In this document: positions 52,301 through 55,804 of the stretch, piece by piece
Numbering within the stretch: the stretch's first letter is position 1
How the letters are laid out: each line of letters begins with the position of its first letter
Assembly (NCBI GenBank): GCA_030141605.1
Contig: JAQGDQ010001201.1
Location: 1 to 55,804, forward strand
Origin: Tubiluchus corallicola
Taxonomy: Eukaryota; Animalia; Priapulida
Length of the DNA stretch: 55,804 nucleotides
Direction of reading: 5' to 3'
Position numbers and translations under genes: made by a program
Notes under the pieces: generated by a model
Databases searched by the model: none
Seen by the model: the letters and a program-made list of their open reading frames with translations, nothing else
Told to the model about the DNA's origin: nothing

Positions 52301-55300
52301 CAGTCATCAGTGTGCGGTCACGGAATGCCGCACTGCGCGCACAAAGTTCACGTTGTGTTCATGTCTTTTCCTTTAATAGTTTCCGTTTCACGGGGCGCAG
52401 GCAGAGTTTGTCTCGCAGATAGTAGACGCTCAAGCCGTGAATGTTTTTCATTCATTATTCATTATTCATTATTCATTTTTCGTTATTCATTTTTTCTTTC
52501 AGATGTTTTTTGTCGTTGCTTCTCATAGCTGCTATTATCTGGAAAATCAAGCAGAAATATGATGTCTACAGGAGGAGGCAGGTAGGGAAGACCTGTTAGA
52601 AATGCACCTCTTTAGCTAGTGCTAGCACTGGCGCTGTTACCTGTTAGAAATGCACCTCTTTAGCTAGTGCTAACACTGGCACTGTTACCTGTTAGAAATG
52701 CACCTTTTTAGCTAGTGCTAACATTGGCGCTGCTAATTTGGTTACCTGTTAGAAATGCACCTCTTTAGCTAGTGCTAACACTGGCGCTGCTAATTTGGTT
52801 ACCTGTTAGAAATGCACCTCTTTAGCTAGTGTTAACACTGGCACTGCTAATTTGGTTACCTGTTAAAAATGCACCTCTTTAGCTAGTGCTAACACTGACA
52901 CTGCTAATTTGGTTACCTGTTAGAAATGCACCTCTTTAGCTAGTGCTAACACTGACGCTGCTAATTTGGTTACCTGTTAGAAATGCACCTCTTTAGCTAG
53001 TGCTAACACTGGCGCTGCTAATTTGGTTACCTGTTAGAAATGCACCTCTTTAGCTAGTGCTAACACCGGCACTGCTAATTTGGTTACCTGTTAAAAATGC
53101 ACCTCTTTAGCTAGTGCTAACACTGGCACTGCTAATTTGGTTACCTGTTAGAAATGCACCTCTTTAGCTAGTGCTAACACTGACACTGCTAATTTGGTTA
53201 CCTGTTAGAAATGCACCTCTTCAGCTAGTGCTAACACTGACGCTGCTAATTTGGTTACCTGTTAGAAATGCACCTCTTTAGCTAGTGCTAACGCCGGCAC
53301 TGCTAATTTGGTTACCTGTTAAAAATGCACCTCTTTAGCTAGTGCTAACACTGGCACTGCTAATTTGGTTACCTGTTAAAAATGCACCTCTTTAGCTAGT
53401 ACTAACACTGGCACTGCTAATTTGGTTACCTGTTAAAAATGCACCTCTTTAGCTAGAGCTAACACTGACGCTGCTAATTTGGTTACCTGTTAAAAATGCA
53501 CCTCTTTAGCTAGTGCTAACGCCGGCACTGCCAATTTGGTTACCTGTTAAAAATGCACCTCTTTAGCTAGTACTAACACTGGCACTGCTAATTTGGTTAC
53601 CTGTTAAAAATGCACCTCTTTAGCTAGTACTAACACTGGCACTGCTAATTTGGTTACCTGTTAAAAATGCACCTCTTTAGCTAGTGCTAACACTGGCGCT
53701 ATTACTTTTTTCACAAGCTAACAAATAATTTTGAGAGTTAAGCGGGGTGTATGATTTTTGACTGAACATGCTGTACACATAGCGTGCAAAAGTGTCGATC
53801 TTGATTTTCTCAACAATTGTCGTAGTACTAAAAGTGTGTACACATAGAATGCAAAAGTGTCGATCTTGATTTTCTCAACAATTGTCATAGTACTAAAAGT
53901 GTGTACACATAGCATGCAAAAGTGTCAATCTTGATTTTCTCAACAATTGTCATAGTAGTAAGTGTGTACACATGGCATGCAAAAGTGTCAATCTTGATTT
54001 TTCTCAACAATTGTCATAGTACTAAAAGTGTGTACACGTAGCATGCAAAAGTGTCAATCTTGATTTTCTCAACAATTGTCGTAGTACTAAAAGTGCGTTT
54101 AAAACTTTTCGCAGAGGCTGTTCGTGGAAATGGCACAGATGGCGTCACGTCCGTTCGCCATGGTGTCCGTCGAGTTCCAGAGCAAAGCGGGCAAGCAGTT
54201 CACCTGCTCCAATTCTTCCAGTCATCAGATAGTCAGCTATACCGATTCACTGCCACGGTCACGAGTGAAAGTAAGTAAGCATGGCTGCCTGGGAAGCAGA
54301 GGGTTTGGGTTCGAATCCCAATGTAGGTGCAAAATTTTTTCCGTCTTTCATATTTGCTTTTGTGTGTTTTTTGTTTTAGATTTGCACTGCGCTTCTTGAA
54401 GTTTGTTTACTTAGACTTAAAGTTTGGTGTAATTTTAAGAACTTTTCATTTATTTGGTGAAAAAATATTTAATTTTAAGCGAACTATTGCCACTTGCAGT
54501 GATTCGAATTTGGTTTAGAGTTTTTGACAAGCCCTGTACATTTTGTTTTCCAGGAAAAAGCAATCCCTGTATCACTAGAACCGTGTTTTGACCACCGGGC
54601 CGCAGTGTTATCATTAATAGTCGAACTACCTAAGGGTAGTCAAGCATACACACCATATACTGCTACGGGTATTGCAATAGCATCATCGCTAGTACAATTA
54701 GGGGCACACCATAAACAGGTGAGTTTTTCCTGCTTCTCTGTGGAATTCGATGTTCATACTTATCAGCATACACACCATATAATGCTACGGGTATAGCAAT
54801 AGCATCATCGCTAGTACAATTAGGGGCACACCATAAACAGGTGAGTTTTTCCTGCTTCTCTGTGGAATTCGATGTTCATACTTATCAGCATACACACCAT
54901 ATAATGCTACGGGTATAGCAGTAGCATCATCGCTAGTACAATTAGGGGCACACCATAAACAGGTGAGTTTTTCCTGCTTCTCTGTGGAATTCGATGTTCA
55001 TACAAGTGACAGCGCGACAAAACATACACCCCCCGTGACTGGCGGGGTGTACAGTTCTGGGATTATTCATGTTTTGAAATGGGTGACAGACAAGATGGCC
55101 GCCGCTGATACTAACTTTAACAATTTTGATGATGTAATTCGATGCCTCGTGTGAATATTAAAAAAATAAATCAACGCATATTTACACAAACAATCATCGA
55201 TTTGCATCCTTTACAGCAACTTATGATTGTTCAGCCTCACGATCCGATCACATCTTAATTAATTAACGACTCAAAACTAATTACAACTCAAATTTTCCTC

Positions 55301-55690
55301 CATTTTTTAACCAAATTAATATTAAATCGCTATGTGTGTTTTTCGACAAATTCATCCTTAGTGCGCATACATACACAACGTCTTACATTACCGCTTAAAC
55401 ATACTTGTATCTAAGTTATCTTAACGACCAATCGGAAGCGATTATGGTCATAAGTTGACGACTGTCTGACATACATATTAGGGGAAAAGGGGTGCTATGT
55501 TTGTACAGGGTCTGCTAACGAGCCGCTGCTGTAATTAAGTGCAATTTTTTTATGAGTCACCTGGTACGTTCTTAGCGAATAGTGTAAATTACTAACCATT
55601 TACTTCACTTACTTTCGCTAAACCATCACGTCATTTTCTTTTTTACAGCAAGTTGAAGTAAAAGAGAGCAAAACCAAGACGAAGAAATGA
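13143..55690 (+). CDS. ATRN: Attractin / attractin-like protein, full spliced gene (25 coding exons, 1196 aa)
   Basis: Exons joined by hand with GT..AG boundaries and matching phases, total 3591 nt. Diagnostic attractin motifs: TECAWDHLYIYDGDS, GGNTHND, IDYQFTF, IAFSQ, FFVTFFGCFLSLLLIAAIIWKIKQ, QMASRPF, LEPCF, GIAIASSLV. ATRN vs ATRNL1 cannot be separated; probably a single invertebrate co-ortholog. Confidence 0.95.
13898..14317. mobile_element. hAT-superfamily MITE, 420 bp
   Basis: TIR cagggcctattt/aaataggccctg; perfect 8-bp TSD ggtatata (13890-13897, 14318-14325). Confidence 0.92.
14516..14716 (+). CDS. ATRN: Attractin exon 2: CUB domain
   Basis: cag|G; RLNSSSGVITNGAGNY...CSWLI...TECAWDHLYIYDGDSIYSRLVAAF; donor gtatgt. 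Confidence 0.95.
14996..15095. mobile_element. 100-bp foldback micro-MITE
   Basis: 32-bp arms, 30/32 complementary (tatctaactcgttcaatcgaattataagattg / caatcttataattcgattaaacgtgttagata); TA ends. Confidence 0.7.
15850..16525 (+). mobile_element. CR1/L2-group LINE 3' fragment (ORF2 end + 3'UTR)
   Basis: RTNIAKHFIIYQGPKVWNEICQSAKDSRSISRFKK, a typical ORF2 C-terminus, then UTR ending in aataaa. Confidence 0.75.
16651..16800 (+). CDS. ATRN: Attractin exon 3: CUB C-terminal half
   Basis: ttttcag|T; SGLLVP...VPEVETHSGKAYLYFYSDVAYTMPGFNISY; donor gtacgt. Confidence 0.93.
17390..17846. mobile_element. MITE family A (TIR tacactcatatct-ggtttgccgg)
   Basis: Inverted ends; inverted full copy at 51313-51680, partial copies ~39640-39805 and ~49580-49655. 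Confidence 0.75.
17861..18310 (+). mobile_element. pogo/Tigger-like MITE, right end missing
   Basis: TA-cagtattccctcacttatcgcggg left TIR. Confidence 0.55.
18375..18640 (+). mobile_element. Degenerate 5S-headed SINE with Deu/Nin-like body
   Basis: ctaagcaacactgcatctggtcactaaatggatgggtga (5S ICR-like) plus gtccttgttaatgagacaagttgtggtcctgccacc body shared with 37280-37320. Confidence 0.55.
18902..19086 (+). CDS. ATRN: Attractin exon 4: EGF-like repeats
   Basis: CPHNNCSADHGVCLDGVCVCDAMWTGDGCEKAVCPNNCSSTGTC...CQCFPGWK; donor gtatgc. Confidence 0.93.
19164..19851. mobile_element. MITE with TIRs and an internal 60-bp tandem array (19200-19530)
   Basis: tataggttttacacgtcaaatgtagac / gtctacatttgacatgtgaaacctata; subterminal motifs inverted at the right end. 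Confidence 0.8.
19985..20150 (+). CDS. ATRN: Attractin exon 5: EGF end + Kelch 1
   Basis: GSDCSIP...PRASHQVVVQGHYMWVVGGESF; gcag|G, donor gtatgt. Confidence 0.92.
20275..20800 (+). mobile_element. Possible Harbinger-like non-autonomous fragment
   Basis: aagcctaggtttcacggggcc terminus and CpG-rich body; no matching right end found. Confidence 0.3.
20808..21275. repeat. 32-bp minisatellite (tttttggtgattgttggctatattttagctca), ~14 copies
   Basis: Direct inspection. Confidence 0.95.
21437..21837 (-). mobile_element. Inverted copy of the LINE 3'UTR at 16140-16525
   Basis: Reverse complement matches throughout, e.g. cactgtgtgggacaatctaacaagccctgct. Confidence 0.85.
21964..22051 (+). CDS. ATRN: Attractin exon 6: Kelch
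   Basis: RYDFLNNSWTIFDDDHEPRQRYGHSAVLYK; donor gtacgt. Confidence 0.92.
22340..22500 (-). repeat. Dispersed repeat family B fragment, inverted relative to 24020-24560 and 50055-50490
   Basis: ttatgttagtttgtgatgtcatcaatag vs ctattgatgacatcacaaactaacataa. Confidence 0.75.
22640..23270 (+). mobile_element. CR1/L2-group LINE 3' fragment (decayed ORF2 end)
   Basis: LHFMYQYHNSLLPPAFQSYFSPVSNQHDHYTR*...KYNAIKIWSSIPHEMKTLNLYQFKK; UTR ends in aataaa. Confidence 0.8.
24020..24560 (+). repeat. Dispersed repeat family B; its 3' part is re-duplicated at 24780-24940
   Basis: Colinear similarity to 50055-50490. Confidence 0.8.
24971..25208 (+). CDS. ATRN: Attractin exon 7: Kelch
   Basis: IWMFGG...TNELWMYDI...AVKGHTGTLVHDRMVVIFGHNPEYGYLNSVQEY. 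Confidence 0.92.
25639..25822 (+). CDS. ATRN: Attractin exon 8: Kelch
   Basis: WTVPTTTGAVVKGSYGHTSVYDEYTDAIYVHGG; donor gtatgt. Confidence 0.93.
25835..26660 (-). mobile_element. RTE-clade LINE 3' fragment with duplicated 3' end
   Basis: KIRIFSALIETVFLYNSELWTL...ILGIRWPKKISNKDLY...HMLRLPDDIPVKIAL is the RTE ORF C-terminus; two termini with (GAT)n and (GAA)n tails. Confidence 0.85.
26812..27253 (+). mobile_element. piggyBac-type MITE, copy 1
   Basis: TTAA-ccctttca...tgaaaggg-TTAA. Confidence 0.92.
27917..28071 (+). CDS. ATRN: Attractin exon 9: Kelch
   Basis: RFLHSAVIIDGAMLVFGGNTHNDTSISTGAKCFSS; donor gtaagt. Confidence 0.95.
28192..28535. mobile_element. pogo/Tigger-like MITE, 344 bp
   Basis: TA-cagtcgaccctcgttaaaccggac / gtccagtttaacgagggttgactg-TA. 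Confidence 0.9.
28856..29312 (+). mobile_element. piggyBac-type MITE, copy 2
   Basis: TTAA flanks, same TIRs, near-identical body. Confidence 0.92.
29373..29525 (+). CDS. ATRN: Attractin exon 10: Kelch (not in the ORF track)
   Basis: CQNWTVLEGP...SRYGHSAVAYNNSMYIYGGFTSHMLSSMIRFQP; ttttcag|CT, donor gtatgc. Confidence 0.92.
30010..31762. repeat. 42-bp minisatellite with 310-bp higher-order repeat
   Basis: Unit ttcttacgtaccaccctgtacatctaatacattccagcataa; marker atgtctaatg at 30768, 31071, 31381, 31691. Confidence 0.95.
32024..32161 (+). CDS. ATRN: Attractin exon 11: PSI-like
   Basis: GDCKQHTNADDCSSAKPGVKCVWVKGEC; donor gtaagc. Confidence 0.9.
32330..32788 (+). mobile_element. piggyBac-type MITE, copy 3
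   Basis: TTAA flanks; right TIR has one mismatch (gaaagag). Confidence 0.92.
32938..33059 (+). CDS. ATRN: Attractin exon 12: PSI
   Basis: CQGLQTCPSCIENNYGCAWCSEMC; donor gtaaaa. Confidence 0.9.
33493..33974. mobile_element. Tc1/mariner-pogo-type MITE, 482 bp
   Basis: TA-ccgtattttcccatgtataagagaccc / gggtctcttatacacgggaaaatacgg-TA. Confidence 0.9.
34001..34163 (+). CDS. ATRN: Attractin exon 13: PSI
   Basis: CGLLHNCHACLAEESCMW; acceptor gtttcag, donor gtaatt. Confidence 0.85.
34283..34486 (+). CDS. ATRN: Attractin exon 14: PSI
   Basis: PCSVHRDCLNCTSAGNCMWC...NAYLANFPYAQCLEW; donor gtaagt. Confidence 0.93.
34685..37198 (+). repeat. 101-bp satellite (~25 copies) derived from a 5S rRNA-like internal promoter
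   Basis: Period 101 (34685, 34786); 32/40 ungapped match of the unit to the 5S ICR copy at 48907-48946. Confidence 0.9.
37930..38915. repeat. ~1-kb compound hexamer microsatellite (agtaat/agtatt/agcaat/agtgat/aaggat)
   Basis: Direct inspection; source of the poly-SN, poly-L and poly-IA ORFs. Confidence 0.97.
39186..39359 (+). CDS. ATRN: Attractin exon 15: PSI
   Basis: CKDCHSHPGCGWCDDDSGTGKGICVEG...WFFTSCP. Confidence 0.94.
40146..40283 (+). CDS. ATRN: Attractin exon 16: laminin-EGF 1
   Basis: CQCNGHSLC...TEGDHCETCHPGYYGHPLNGASC. Confidence 0.94.
40708..40857 (+). CDS. ATRN: Attractin exon 17: laminin-EGF 2 (not in the ORF track)
   Basis: CACNNHGSLCNRSTGKCFCTTKGIEGNNCDAC...YYGDPTHGGTCY. 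Confidence 0.94.
40903..41109. mobile_element. Degenerate Tc1/mariner-type MITE
   Basis: TA-cggggtgtcccagaa / ttccggaacgccctg-TA. Confidence 0.55.
41469..41977. mobile_element. Tc1/mariner-type MITE with long imperfect TIRs
   Basis: TA-ctggatgttccaaaaattcct...tgattttcaattttc / gaaaattgaaaatca...aggaacttctaaagcaccctg-TA. Confidence 0.65.
42134..42596. mobile_element. hAT (Charlie-like) MITE, 463 bp
   Basis: TIR caggggtgtgcgaatt / aatttgcacacccctg; 8-bp TSD ctttagag (42126-42133, 42597-42604). Confidence 0.92.
42760..44130. repeat. CpG-rich minisatellite: 15-bp monomers organised into 45-bp trimers
   Basis: ggtcgcatgcctcgt-ggctgcatacatctc-ggtcgtatgcttcac; source of the long ORFs on both strands. 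Confidence 0.95.
44926..45017 (+). CDS. ATRN: Attractin exon 18
   Basis: YLLNIDYQFTFNLSKPDDLYYTTINF; donor gtaaga. Confidence 0.93.
45556..46330. repeat. (ATATC)n pentamer microsatellite, ~780 bp
   Basis: Direct inspection. Confidence 0.97.
47481..47925 (-). mobile_element. piggyBac-type MITE, copy 4 (inverted)
   Basis: TTAA flanks; reverse complement of copies 1-3. Confidence 0.92.
48067..48139 (+). CDS. ATRN: Attractin exon 19
   Basis: EDKDVEFQISCSKLAQVNITWKED; tttcag|, donor gtaaat; phases fit both neighbours. Confidence 0.87.
48255..48700 (+). mobile_element. Non-LTR retrotransposon 3' fragment (CR1/I-group-type C-terminal CCHC region)
   Basis: CNCGFRFESVKHFLLH*PLYQQTR...LLLFG...IHDFILRTKRFQ*. 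Confidence 0.75.
48859..48977 (+). pseudogene. 5S rRNA-derived sequence (SINE head, not a functional rDNA unit)
   Basis: ctacggcc...gttgaaaacac...gttctcgtctgatcaccgaagttaagcaa...ggttagtgcttggatgg...ggaatacc.ggtgctg follows the animal 5S sequence with substitutions. Confidence 0.85.
48859..49414 (+). mobile_element. 5S rRNA-headed SINE (SINE3-type) with RTE-like body and tail, full length
   Basis: 48859-48977 is a near-complete 5S rRNA copy; the tail gagacagaaggatgccaacaagaccaaca is RTE-like; 11-bp TSD atatttgtttt (48848-48858, 49415-49425). Confidence 0.85.
50055..50490 (+). repeat. Dispersed repeat family B copy
   Basis: Colinear with 24020-24545. Confidence 0.8.
50536..50681 (+). CDS. ATRN: Attractin exon 20
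   Basis: FKTKFSRHIYTFGEKNFTFYVYVSNFKTPFWLK; donor gtacgt. Confidence 0.92.
50815..51132 (+). mobile_element. Chimera: tRNA-SINE head fragment fused to the right half of the piggyBac MITE (copy 5)
   Basis: gcaggtcgccggttcaattc (B-box-like)...catatcaaagattttaaag joins the MITE body; ends gaaaggg-TTAA. Confidence 0.7.
51215..51273 (+). CDS. ATRN: Attractin exon 21: start of TM helix
   Basis: IAFSQNNPIDLLQFFVTFFG; donor gtgagt. Confidence 0.93.
51313..51680. mobile_element. MITE family A copy, inverted relative to 17390-17846
   Basis: tacactcatatctcggtttgccgg ... ggtaaacaaagatatgagcgta. Confidence 0.75.
52152..52350. repeat. 51-bp GC-rich tandem repeat x4
   Basis: atcagtgtgcggtcacggaaagccgcactgcgcgcacaaagttcaccagtc. 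Confidence 0.93.
52503..52581 (+). CDS. ATRN: Attractin exon 22: TM helix + stop-transfer
   Basis: CFLSLLLIAAIIWKIKQKYDVYRRRQ. Confidence 0.94.
52591..53705. repeat. 57-bp tandem repeat, ~20 copies (first units 48 bp)
   Basis: acctgttag anchors at 52744 and 52801. Confidence 0.95.
53770..54095. repeat. 65-bp tandem repeat x5
   Basis: caaaagtgtc at 53787, 53852 and onward. Confidence 0.93.
54115..54270 (+). CDS. ATRN: Attractin exon 23: cytoplasmic tail with MASRPF (MGRN1-binding) motif
   Basis: RLFVEMAQMASRPFAMVSVEF; donor gtaagt. Confidence 0.93.
54283..54340 (+). mobile_element. tRNA-derived SINE head fragment
   Basis: B-box gggttcgaatccc followed by a T-run; no cloverleaf. Confidence 0.45.
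54554..54718 (+). CDS. ATRN: Attractin exon 24: cytoplasmic tail
   Basis: PVSLEPCFDHRAAVLSLIVELPKG...GIAIASSLVQLG; donor gtgagt. Confidence 0.93.
54643..55003 (+). repeat. 122-bp tandem triplication spanning the exon 24 3' end and splice donor
   Basis: caccataaacag|gtgagtttttcc donors at 54719, 54841, 54963. Confidence 0.93.
55649..55690 (+). CDS. ATRN: Attractin probable terminal exon 25 (QVEVKESKTKTKK*)
   Basis: Strong acceptor ttttcttttttacag, phase 0, lysine-rich end, TGA at 55688-55690. Confidence 0.7.
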   Translation, partial: QVEVKESKTKTKK

Positions 55691-55804
55691 CGTCTGGGAC
55701 ACCTGGTGGTCACACGCGCAACTACTATATAGCATTATGTAAATCGAATATCGTGATATGTATTATAGGTGACTTGTACAGTTCATATCGGATGCACACT
55801 TTAT

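Noticed and set aside
54283-54340. tRNA gene (also B-box-like hits near 27390, 37700, 39450, 39985)
   Set aside because: Only B-box-like motifs, with no cloverleaf or anticodon arm; these are SINE remnants.
55664-55690. C-terminal KTKTKK as an ER-retrieval signal
   Set aside because: Position -3 is Thr, so it fits neither KKxx nor KxKxx.

Overview
AT-rich animal (probably invertebrate) genomic DNA, not prokaryotic. It holds one complete spliced protein-coding gene on the + strand: an attractin/ATRNL1-family type I membrane protein. I assembled it by hand from 25 GT-AG exons between 13143 and 55690, giving 3591 nt and 1196 aa with all intron phases compatible. The domain order is signal peptide, EGF, CUB, EGFs, Kelch propeller, PSI repeats, laminin-EGF, TM and a cytoplasmic MASRPF motif, with no C-type lectin domain. 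The upstream 13 kb and the introns are filled with mini/microsatellites, MITEs (piggyBac-, hAT- and Tc1/pogo-type), CR1/L2- and RTE-type LINE remnants, and 5S rRNA- and tRNA-derived SINEs. The long repetitive ORFs in the supplied track are repeat artefacts. The most interesting observations are: (1) a ~25-copy 101-bp satellite built from the 5S internal promoter of a 5S-headed SINE; (2) an intact, TSD-flanked 5S-headed SINE with RTE-like body and tail; (3) a UGA-C stop followed by 13 in-frame codons ending in T-T-I, like vertebrate attractin's T-C-I (read-through or recent nonsense change); (4) a triplicated splice donor in the cytoplasmic-tail exon; (5) inverted TE pairs around in-frame exon blocks; (6) a G:U-rich pre-miRNA-like hairpin. 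I found no evidence for a new multi-gene system; these are hypotheses from manual reading.
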